From Clostridia bacterium (GTDB lineage Bacteria > Bacillota > Clostridia > TANB77 > CAG-508): a stretch of DNA of 64,000 nt. The stretch spans positions 4,258-68,257 of the forward strand of contig JAGBDU010000029.1 of NCBI GenBank assembly GCA_017937285.1. The letters are read 5' to 3'. The position numbers and the translations under genes are program-made. The notes beneath the pieces were generated by a model. That model saw only the letters and a list, made by a program, of their open reading frames with translations. It was not told the origin of the DNA and ran no database searches. This document shows, piece after piece, positions 56,031 to 64,000 of the stretch (positions are counted from its first letter, which is position 1; each line of letters begins with the position of its first letter).

Positions 56031-56435
56031 TTAAAAAATATTATCTATTCTAAAACTTTCTTTATCTCTTATATGTTCTAATATATATATAGTTTTATTT
56101 AGTTCTTCATATACATATTCTTTATCATCTATTTCTAATCCTGCCGTTATAGATACAAGTTGTGTTTTTACTTTTTCTAGTTCATTATGCTCTAAAAGAC
56201 ATGTTAAAATATTAAATCTCTTATCCCATTCTTTATTTATTTCTCCCACTTTTTTATTTATTTCTTCTTTCTTTAATTCTTCTTCTTTTTTTAAATCTTC
56301 TTTTATATAAAACAATTTTTCATTTATTAAATTTAAAGATTCTTTTGTATATTTTTGTAAAAATATATCTCCAATAACAATTGCAACAACTATAACTATA
56401 CACACAATAAACTCTTTCTTTATTAGCATTTTCAT
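56031..56435 (-). CDS. DUF4363-like protein
   Basis: N-terminal TM, W.....L..LLEHNELE; follows DUF421 as is usual in Clostridia. Confidence 0.7.
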   Translation of the reverse strand: MKMLIKKEFIVCIVIVVAIVIGDIFLQKYTKESLNLINEKLFYIKEDLKKEEELKKEEINKKVGEINKEWDKRFNILTCLLEHNELEKVKTQLVSITAGLEIDDKEYVYEELNKTIYILEHIRDKESFRIDNIF

Positions 56436-57115
56436 TTGTTTTTTTTCACCTCTTTTTTCTGACAGAAAAAACTTCCCTTTCCATTTATTGTAACTAATAA
56501 TGCTTCTTCTGGTTCCATATTAAATTTATTTACTTCAGTTTTTAACCAATTATAGTCTTTGTTTAATATTTTTAAATTTTCATACATTACTTTTCCATCA
56601 ATAACTAAGTCATATGATATTCCTTCATATTCTGGCATAATATTAAAATCTTCTGGTATCGTAGTTCTTTTATTTGGCTTTTCTATTACACTTACTTGTC
56701 CACTCGTTTCTAATATTGCATATTCTACATCGTTTATATCATTTATGTTATTTGCTCTTAATCGTTCTTGTAATTCATTTATCGTAAATCGCTCTTTTCG
56801 CATCATACTTTCATTTATTTTGCCTCTATATATTAAAATACTTGGCTTTCCACAAATTAGCTGTCTCATTTTCATACTTTTTAGATTTATATATGAAATT
56901 ATTAGGTGCATTACCAATAGTCCTAATATTGGAATTATTCCATTTATTATTGGTATTCCAATTTCACTCATAGGAACTGAGGCTAAATCTGCAATCATTA
57001 TTGCAATTGCAAGTTCAAATGGTTGCAATTGTCCTATCTCTCTTTTTCCCATTAATCTCATTACAATTAATACAATTATGTATAAAATTATTGATCTTAT
57101 AAATATTATTAGCAT
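56432..57115 (-). CDS. DUF421 (YetF-like) membrane protein
   Basis: RLMGKREIGQLQPFE, GKPSILI..G, V.YAILETSGQVSV. Confidence 0.92.
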   Translation of the reverse strand: MLIIFIRSIILYIIVLIVMRLMGKREIGQLQPFELAIAIMIADLASVPMSEIGIPIINGIIPILGLLVMHLIISYINLKSMKMRQLICGKPSILIYRGKINESMMRKERFTINELQERLRANNINDINDVEYAILETSGQVSVIEKPNKRTTIPEDFNIMPEYEGISYDLVIDGKVMYENLKILNKDYNWLKTEVNKFNMEPEEALLVTINGKGSFFCQKKEVKKNK

Positions 57116-57366
57116 AAATTCAACTCCTTTAGCCATCTGTCAATCAATTCAGCCAACTTATAAATATAACAAGATATATTTCATTATAACTTGTTAGTAA
57201 ACTTTTTATATGCAAGAGCACTTTTAATTTTATGACATTAGGCACATTTTTTAATATTGTTAGATTTTTTCATCATAATTATTCAAAAATACTTGTTTTT
57301 TTTCAAATTATGTGATAAACTTTGAATTAGTCAATTTTATTAACGCATATAGGAGGTGCAAAAATT

Positions 57367-57558
57367 ATGGCAAAATGTGCAATTTGTGAAAAAACACAAT
57401 CATATGGAAATAAAATTTCTATAGCTCGTTCACATGTAAGTAGAAGAAGTTCTAGAACTTTCAAACCAAATCTTAGAACAGTAACAGTTGATGTTAATGG
57501 AGAATCTAAAAAAATATGCGTATGCGCAAAATGCTTACGTAATTTAAAAAATGCTTAA
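57367..57558 (+). CDS. rpmB: 50S ribosomal protein L28
   Basis: MAKCAICEK...GN.IS...R.FKPNL...VCAKCLR. Confidence 0.97.
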   Translation: MAKCAICEKTQSYGNKISIARSHVSRRSSRTFKPNLRTVTVDVNGESKKICVCAKCLRNLKNA

Positions 57559-57799
57559 ATATTCTAATAGGCGTTGAATATAAAGTTATAAAAAACTAAT
57601 AACTCTATATTCAGCGTCTATTATTAAATAAAGGGTTAATTAAAAAGATTTTATATAATGACAACAACAGCTATACAATGTTTTTACATTATTTAAGTAA
57701 ATATTAAAATTGTCAAAATAAATATTTGCTTACCAAAATAGCTTTCATATGTAAAAAAAGAAACTAAAATTAACTTTTAGTTTCTTTTTGTTTTAGGTT

Positions 57800-57877
57800 T
57801 TATGTACTTTTTATTCCAAATATTAATTTTACAAAACCTCTTAAAAATTTAGGAACTTTTTTTACTACTATTGTCAT
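57800..57877 (-). CDS. spoVM: Stage V sporulation protein M (25 aa)
   Basis: MTIVVKKVPKFLRGFVKLIFGIKST*, with the PKFL.G core, AAGGGGGA RBS, convergent with rpmB as in Bacillus; not in the ORF track. Confidence 0.9.
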   Translation of the reverse strand: MTIVVKKVPKFLRGFVKLIFGIKST

Positions 57878-57898
57878 TATACCATTCCCCCTTTTTGT

Positions 57899-58048
57899 TC
57901 AACTTGCAAGCCATATTAAACCTAGTATTGCTAAGGTTATACCTATTGAAAATAGCCAACCTGTAAGAGGAAGTAATAAAACCAACAATATTCCTAATCC
58001 AACACCTATTAAACAAACTCCCAAAGTCTTTTTTAAAGCACAAAACAT
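57899..58048 (-). CDS. 49-aa two-TM small membrane protein upstream of spoVM
   Basis: GGGAGGT RBS; MFCALKKTLGVCLIGVGLGILLVLLLPLTGWLFSIGITLAILGLIWLAS*. Confidence 0.8.
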   Translation of the reverse strand: MFCALKKTLGVCLIGVGLGILLVLLLPLTGWLFSIGITLAILGLIWLAS

Positions 58049-58123
58049 AATTTATTACCTCCCTTTATTTTATTATATTATGTATATCAATAACATGTTA
58101 CAAAATAACAGAAAGGAGTTTTT

Positions 58124-58763
58124 ATGAATAAAAACAAAATAATAGAATTAATAAATTTACTAAAAAATTACTATCCTGATGCAAAATGTAGTTTAGACTT
58201 TACAACTCCATTTGAATTATTAATAGCTGTTATGTTATCTGCACAATGTACAGATGAACGAGTAAATAAAACAACCCCTGCTCTTTTTGAAAAATATAAT
58301 GAGCCTAAAGATTTTATAAATTTAGATATTTCAATTATAGAATCTATAATTCATCCTTGTGGTTTTTATAAGACCAAAGCAAAGAATATAAAAAATACGT
58401 CTATAATTTTACAAGAAAAATATAATGGAATTGTTCCTCAATCAATAGAAGAATTAATAACACTTCCACGGAATTGGACGTAAATCAGCTAATGTAATTA
58501 TGTTAGATGCTTTTAATAAGCCTCAAGGAATTGCTGTAGATACTCACGCTAAAAGAATTTCTAATAGATTAGGTTTATCAACCAACTCCGATCCACATAA
58601 AATAGAGCAAGACTTAATAAATTTAATTCCTCGTAAATATTTTAAGGATATTAATCACTTATTCGTTTGGCATGGTAGAAATATATGTAAAGCTCCTACT
58701 CCTAATTGTTCGATATGCCCTATAAAAGATTTTTGTAAATACTTTAAAGAAAAAACTAAATGA
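58124..58763 (+). CDS. nth: Endonuclease III, split by a +1 frameshift at CGG-A (58469); 212 aa if joined
   Basis: LSAQCTDERVN, GFYKTKA, LP(C)GIGRKSANV HhH motif, AVDTH, C-x6-C-x2-C-x5-C FeS motif. Confidence 0.95.
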
Positions 58764-58788
58764 CTTTACTAACTTAATGTTACTATCT

Positions 58789-58830
58789 ACAGCTAAAATA
58801 AGCCATTCAAAAGCAATTATAATAAAAAAT
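58789..58830. repeat. Degenerate left-end copy of the dispersed element
   Basis: ACAGCTAAAATAAGCCATTCAAAAGCAATTATAATAAAAAAT. Confidence 0.6.
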
Positions 58831-58900
58831 ATGAATAATCAGCTTAAAGCTTATTATTCATATTTTTTATTTTTGACATATTCAATTTTTAATACAAGAC

Positions 58901-59536
58901 TTAACTTTCTAACTCTGCGCCTATTATTTTATATTCTCCATCTACTTTTATAACATATAATTTCAAATTTTTTGTATCTGATGATGAAGATGATGAACGT
59001 TTCACTTTTACTTTTGCTTTTATCTCAACTATTTTCTTGCTTCTATTTGATTTTTTTACACTTGTCATTTCCTTTAAAGTATATTCTTTTGAACTATAAT
59101 AATAAGAATTTTTGCTCTTAAAACTTGATACTATTGAATCTGTTGCATCACTGATATCGTCATAATTTTTATCTTTTAAATATTTTTTGATATATTTATC
59201 TTTGTCTTTATATTTTGCATCAAATTTTTTCTCGCCTTCTTCTTGGAAAATTATATATCCTCTTGTATCAATTAATTTTTCAAATTTATCGCCATCAGCT
59301 TCTTCTACAGCTTTTAAATATGATTTTACTAGTTCTTCTGATTTTCTTTTACTTGGCTTTCCTAACATTCCAACAATTAAAGCAATTACTATTACTAAAA
59401 CTATTAATGCTACTCCTCCTATAACAGAAAAAGTAATAATTTTTTTTGTTTTAGGATTCATTGATTTTTTTTCTACATCCTTGTTTTCTACATCCTTTTT
59501 TTCTACATCCTTTTTTTCAATGTTTTTTTCTTCCAT
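58901..59536 (-). CDS. Membrane-anchored hypothetical protein with N-terminal 15-bp (KKDVE) repeats
   Basis: EKKNI-EKKDV-EKKDV-ENKDV-EKK, single TM, basic extracytoplasmic domain. Confidence 0.75.
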   Translation of the reverse strand: MEEKNIEKKDVEKKDVENKDVEKKSMNPKTKKIITFSVIGGVALIVLVIVIALIVGMLGKPSKRKSEELVKSYLKAVEEADGDKFEKLIDTRGYIIFQEEGEKKFDAKYKDKDKYIKKYLKDKNYDDISDATDSIVSSFKSKNSYYYSSKEYTLKEMTSVKKSNRSKKIVEIKAKVKVKRSSSSSSDTKNLKLYVIKVDGEYKIIGAELES

Positions 59537-59592
59537 CTCTTTTCCTCCTATAAATTTATTTATAATATATATGATTTTTTGTTCATATTATA

Positions 59593-60159
59593 TTAACTAT
59601 TTAAATTTTCATCTTCATCTATAATAATTTGTTGATTTTGATCTAACTTATATTTTGGGAGTTCTGGTAATTCATCTAAACTTGATAATCCGAACATTTT
59701 TAAAAATTTGTTACTTGTTACATATGTAGTTGGTCTTCCTGGTGCATCTAATTTTCCAGATTCTTCAATTAAATTGTATTCTAGTAATTTATATATTGTC
59801 CCATCACAATTTACTCCTCTTATTGTTTCAATTTCTGCCCTTGTTACATTAGGATTATATGCTATTATAGATATAATTTCTAGTGCTGCATTTGACAAAT
59901 TTGGTTTTCCTTTTTTATCTGAAATTTGTGCAATATATTCATAAAAATCTTTTTTTGTACACATTTGATATGAATCATTAATTTTTATAATTTCTATTCC
60001 TCTGTTTGCATTGCTATATTCATCTTTTAATTCGTTAATAATTTTTATAACATCTTCTGGACTTTTTTCTAGTACTATTGCTAGCTCTTTTATAGATACT
60101 TCTCTTCCTGTTGAAAATAAAATTGATTCAATTATGGCTTTATTTTTTTCTTCCATCAT
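59593..60159 (-). CDS. scpB: SMC-Scp complex subunit ScpB
   Basis: IESILF, LSNAALE..SIIAY..VTRAEIE.IRGV, PGRP..Y.T...FL..FGL..L.ELP. Confidence 0.97.
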   Translation of the reverse strand: MMEEKNKAIIESILFSTGREVSIKELAIVLEKSPEDVIKIINELKDEYSNANRGIEIIKINDSYQMCTKKDFYEYIAQISDKKGKPNLSNAALEIISIIAYNPNVTRAEIETIRGVNCDGTIYKLLEYNLIEESGKLDAPGRPTTYVTSNKFLKMFGLSSLDELPELPKYKLDQNQQIIIDEDENLNS

Positions 60160-60190
60160 TTTACTCCTTTTCATTTATTAAATCATTCAT

Positions 60191-60916
60191 TTATTTATCT
60201 GTCAATATATTTTTTATCTCTAAATCAGATAAATATCTCCACTCACCAATTTTTAAATCTTTTACATTAATATTTCCAATTTTAGTTCTATGCAGAGCTA
60301 TAACCTTTTTGCCAACAGCCTCACACATTTTTCTTACTTCTCTATTTTTTCCCTCGTGAATTGTAATTTCTATTCTAGATATATTTTTTTCTTTATTGAT
60401 TTTTAATATTTTTACTTTAGCTTTTCCTGTTACATAATCATCTACTTTTACACCATTTTTTAGCTCTTCAACATCTTTTTCTGATACAATACCTCTTACA
60501 GTTGCATTATATGTTTTTTCTATTTCGTTTTTGGGATGTGTAACTTTATAAATAAAATCTCCATCATTAGTTAAAATTAAAGCTCCTGATGTATACATAT
60601 CTAATCTTCCAACTGGCAATAATTTTGCATCACAATTTTTTATCAAATCTAGTACTATTGGTCTATCAAATTGATCCTTAACAGTAGTTACATATCCCAC
60701 CGGTTTATTTAATAAAATATATTTATATTTTTCAACATATTTTATTTTTTTATTTTCTAATATTATTTCATCTATATTTAAATTTACTTTTGTTCCTAAT
60801 TCTTTTACAACTTTCCCATTTACTTTTACTTTACCAGCCAATATTAATTCTTCTGCTTTTCTTCTTGAACAAACTCCTGAATTTGCTAAAAATTTTTGTA
60901 ATCTCATTTCAGACAT
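60191..60916 (-). CDS. rluB: Pseudouridine synthase, RluB/RsuA family
   Basis: RLQKFLANSGVCSRRKAE, LNKPVGY, PVGRLD, EGKNREVRKM. Confidence 0.93.
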   Translation of the reverse strand: MSEMRLQKFLANSGVCSRRKAEELILAGKVKVNGKVVKELGTKVNLNIDEIILENKKIKYVEKYKYILLNKPVGYVTTVKDQFDRPIVLDLIKNCDAKLLPVGRLDMYTSGALILTNDGDFIYKVTHPKNEIEKTYNATVRGIVSEKDVEELKNGVKVDDYVTGKAKVKILKINKEKNISRIEITIHEGKNREVRKMCEAVGKKVIALHRTKIGNINVKDLKIGEWRYLSDLEIKNILTDK

Positions 60917-60919
60917 TTT

Positions 60920-61840
60920 TTATTTCACCTCATCTTGTTTTGTATCGCAAATCTGTATAACCTTTTTAAAGTAATCTGGCACATCCGCTTCTAAATGCAT
61001 TTTTTTGCCTGTAATTGGATGAGTAAAATCCAAGCTTTTTGCATGTAGCATTTGTCCTTTTACCTCAAATTCATTTTTTCCATTTGAATATACTTCATCA
61101 CCAATAACAGGATGTCCTATTTCAGACATATGTACTCTAATTTGATGTGTTCTTCCTGTATCAATTTTTATTTCTAATAATGTGTAATTATCGTATCTTT
61201 TTAAAACTTTAAAATGAGTTATGGCTTCTTTACCATTTTTGTCTACAGCCATTTTTTTTCTATCTTTTTTACTTCTTGCAATTGGCATATTTATAGTTGC
61301 TTCATTTTCTTTAATTACACCTCTTACCAAAGCAATATATTTTTTATTAACTTTTCTATTTTTTATTTGTTCACTCATATTTATATGTGATTTATCATTT
61401 TTTGCAATTATTAAAAGTCCAGATGTATCTTTATCAAGTCTATGTACAATTCCTGGTCTTTTTTCTCCACCTATTCCTGATAGTGAATCTTTACAAATAT
61501 TCATTATCGCATTTACTAATGTTCCATCTGGATTTCCATTTGCAGGATGCACAACTAGTCCTTTTGGCTTATTTACAACAATTATATCTGAATCTTCATA
61601 TACTATTTCTATTGGAATATCTTGCGCTTCTAATTTTGTTTCTTTAATCTCTGGAATATTTATTTCTATTATATCTCCATTTTTTACTTTGTAAGAATTT
61701 TTCTTTATTGTTCCATTTACCAAAATATTTCCTTCTTCTGATAGCCTTTGAATTGTAGCTCTTGACAAATCTTTATCTTCAGTTACTATATATGAATCTA
61801 ATCTTATATTTTCATTATTTTTTACAACTATCTTTTTCAA
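60920..61840 (-). CDS. rluD: Pseudouridine synthase, RluA/RluD family
   Basis: S4 domain, VNKPKGLVVHP, RPGIVHRLDKDTSG, TGRTHQIRVH. Confidence 0.95.
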   Translation of the reverse strand: MKKIVVKNNENIRLDSYIVTEDKDLSRATIQRLSEEGNILVNGTIKKNSYKVKNGDIIEINIPEIKETKLEAQDIPIEIVYEDSDIIVVNKPKGLVVHPANGNPDGTLVNAIMNICKDSLSGIGGEKRPGIVHRLDKDTSGLLIIAKNDKSHINMSEQIKNRKVNKKYIALVRGVIKENEATINMPIARSKKDRKKMAVDKNGKEAITHFKVLKRYDNYTLLEIKIDTGRTHQIRVHMSEIGHPVIGDEVYSNGKNEFEVKGQMLHAKSLDFTHPITGKKMHLEADVPDYFKKVIQICDTKQDEVK

Positions 61841-62303
61841 TATTTTCACCTCTATCTATAGTTAAATATGCTATCCCTATTATGATAACTCCAATTACAA
61901 CACAAATATCTGCAAAATTAAATATTGGAAAATTAAATAACGCACTAAAATCTATAAAATCAACTACATATAGTCTAAAAATTCTATCAATTAAATTTCC
62001 AATTCCGCCTGCAATCATCACACAAGATCCCAATAACATTTTATTATCTATTTTTGAATAATTTATATAAATAGCAATTAATATAATAACTATAATTACT
62101 ATAGTTATTATACTAACTAATTGTACAGTTCCTTCTCCTATTCCAAATGCAATTCCTCTATTTTCACAATAATTAACTTTTAAAATATTATTTATTATTA
62201 CTTTTGGTAACTTATTTTTATTAATTATAATAAGATATTTGCTAATTTGATCTATTATAACTAATACTACAGTACTTAAAATAAAACTAATTTTTTTACT
62301 CAT
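61815..62303 (-). CDS. lspA: Lipoprotein signal peptidase II
   Basis: DQISK, N.GIAFG, GGIGNLIDR, VVDFI, FNFAD. Confidence 0.97.
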   Translation of the reverse strand: MSKKISFILSTVVLVIIDQISKYLIIINKNKLPKVIINNILKVNYCENRGIAFGIGEGTVQLVSIITIVIIVIILIAIYINYSKIDNKMLLGSCVMIAGGIGNLIDRIFRLYVVDFIDFSALFNFPIFNFADICVVIGVIIIGIAYLTIDRGENIEKDSCKK

Positions 62304-64000
62304 ATATTTACCTTTATTATACTTTCCCTTTTATATATAACAAAATCACTATCTTCGTATAACACTGCATAATTTTCATCTTTTTTTAATAAAGAATTTA
62401 ATTTTGAATTAGAATATGTCATTACATGTGTTATACCATATTCACTAAATTTATTTTCATAATATGTAGATAAACTAGAAATATCTAAAAAATCTGTAAA
62501 AATATCTCTTCCTACATATTCATCATTTTCATCTTTTTCTCCATTAAATTCTGGAGTGTATAAATCTGCTCTAGAATCTATAAAAACTGGTATACCTCTA
62601 AATAATAAATAACTTCCATAATTATATTCGTTATATAATTTTAAATTTTCTTTTCCTATACTTGGAATAAGCTCATTTATTAAATAATCGGATGCTAGTA
62701 CAGGATATGATGATTCATATACATATATCTCATTCTTTTTATATTTGCAATACTTTACAGAAAATATACTAGTTACACATATTAATATAATAATAGCTAT
62801 TATCTCTGTACGTAAATAATCAAATATTTTTTTATCTGATTTTTTTACTAATTCAGCAATCATTTTTGCTACAATAAAATTTCCTATTAAAACTAACATC
62901 GAAACTTGTCTTTGGCTCATAAAACTTAATAAAATTAGTCCCATTAGCATAAAAAAATCTCTTAACTTTATCTTCGTTTTTGTAAATATTAATACGCCAA
63001 ATATTATCATTAATATTACCATCATATTACTATTATTTATTAATGTAAGTGGAAGATGTTCACTTATATTTTGAGTTGTATTTCCTTGATTAGTTTTTAT
63101 TAAATACGTATATGGTGTATCTTTTATTGGGGTTAATAAACCTGTAAAAACACAAATTATTAAAATTAAAATAAGCCATTTTATATTTTTTTCTTTTTCT
63201 AATTTTAATTTATATAAATTTCCCAATTTTTGTTTTAGTTTTTCTTCATGCGTTTTTTCTAATTTTTTGATTTCATTTTTTTCTAAATCTGCTTGTATCG
63301 GACTCAATTTATTTTTTCCAAATTTACTATTAAAACACAATGAAATTTTTTTAAATAATATACTGTAATTCGTTGTTGCTATTATATAAATTAAATATTC
63401 TACAATATATGGTAAGTATAATACAAAGTAAAATGGCCAAACAGCCGAATGCACATTTGCTATTATTATTGGTATAATTATTAATAAAACTGCATATCGT
63501 ATCTTTTTTGTTTTTAAAAATTGTTCTATTCCAAATATAGTTAACACAAATAATATAAATGTTAATAATTGAGCTCTAGCCGTAATAAAATTTTTTAAAC
63601 AATATAAAGATAATATAGTACTTACATATGATATTATATTATTTTTTGTAAATTTCAAATTTACAGAATATATTAAAACTCCTAATATAATAGCTAATAT
63701 ACATGTAGCATAGTATATACCTTTAAACCCTGCCATTGCATAAATTCCATATGTTGCTACATCATATAACCAATGTGGATATGTATATGGTAAATCTTTA
63801 TGAAATGAAAACGGATCTTGCATATCTAAACCTTTGTTCCAAGGTAATAAATCGGTTATTTTTTCTGTGTTTTGTACAATATGCTCTCCTATTTTTATTG
63901 TATAAAAAGTATCATTTTGAAATGTTTTTGGAGTTAAAGAATAAGCAAATATAGCTATTGATAATATAGCTATTATTTTTAATGTTATTTTTGTAATCTT
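62300..64000 (-). CDS. Polytopic membrane protein, probable GT-C-like; the frame is open to the window end, so the true start lies outside
   Basis: Frame continues upstream of 63823 (TPKTFQNDTFYTIKIGE...DPFSFH); ANVH, C-terminal YNYGSYL...VFIDSRADLY. Confidence 0.7.
   Translation of the reverse strand, partial: KITKITLKIIAILSIAIFAYSLTPKTFQNDTFYTIKIGEHIVQNTEKITDLLPWNKGLDMQDPFSFHKDLPYTYPHWLYDVATYGIYAMAGFKGIYYATCILAIILGVLIYSVNLKFTKNNIISYVSTILSLYCLKNFITARAQLLTFILFVLTIFGIEQFLKTKKIRYAVLLIIIPIIIANVHSAVWPFYFVLYLPYIVEYLIYIIATTNYSILFKKISLCFNSKFGKNKLSPIQADLEKNEIKKLEKTHEEKLKQKLGNLYKLKLEKEKNIKWLILILIICVFTGLLTPIKDTPYTYLIKTNQGNTTQNISEHLPLTLINNSNMMVILMIIFGVLIFTKTKIKLRDFFMLMGLILLSFMSQRQVSMLVLIGNFIVAKMIAELVKKSDKKIFDYLRTEIIAIIILICVTSIFSVKYCKYKKNEIYVYESSYPVLASDYLINELIPSIGKENLKLYNEYNYGSYLLFRGIPVFIDSRADLYTPEFNGEKDENDEYVGRDIFTDFLDISSLSTYYENKFSEYGITHVMTYSNSKLNSLLKKDENYAVLYEDSDFVIYKRESIIKVNI

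Noticed and set aside
57849-58043. 64-aa minus-strand ORF in the track
   Set aside because: Wrong frame; the RBS-supported 49-aa ORF and spoVM explain the region.
58500-58763. Second half of nth as an independent gene
   Set aside because: No RBS, and it would start after the catalytic HhH Lys; it is the +1 continuation.
3083-58830. CRISPR array interpretation of the repeats
   Set aside because: Copies are dispersed and degenerate, with no regular spacers and no cas genes.
62300-63823. Apparent N-terminal truncation or frameshift of the 507-aa membrane protein
   Set aside because: The frame is open to position 64000; the start is simply outside the window.
876-63954. Numerous + strand ORFs antisense to minus-strand genes (e.g. 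1710-2330, 29757-30350, 32983-33618, 45345-45935, 56559-57197)
   Set aside because: Shadow frames of well-supported genes; Ile/Phe/Ser-rich, with no RBS or recognisable motifs.

Overview
Very AT-rich chromosomal window from a spore-forming Clostridia-type Bacillota. The assignment is inferred from spoVM, DUF421, the Zn-type S14/L28 proteins, dapL and ltaS; it may be a reduced, uncultured gut lineage. Almost all genes are on the minus strand. Contents: cell-envelope glycopolymer genes; ruvB, rpiA, rlmB and lepA; the ylxM-ffh-rpsP-khpA-rimM-trmD-rplS operon; recD2-comFC-dinB; the S10-spc-alpha cluster (without rpmD); nagZ; dapF-dapL; guaB-guaA next to a large deaminase; tRNA-Val/Asp/Phe; rpmB, spoVM, nth, scpB, rluB, rluD and lspA. 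Main observation: by my manual scan, an in-frame CGG codon occurs only three times in native-looking genes (dinB, nth and a transglutaminase-like gene). Each time it is CGG-A, and each time the gene breaks there and continues in the +1 frame, so skipping the C gives GGA (Gly). In nth this restores the invariant LPG-x-G-x-K motif. This suggests systematic +1 recoding or quadruplet-like reading at CGG, though systematic assembly error is not excluded. Also found: a dispersed ~200-bp MITE-like element family with about 7 full or partial copies, two self-contained ORFan cassettes, and several unannotated small genes and gene remnants.
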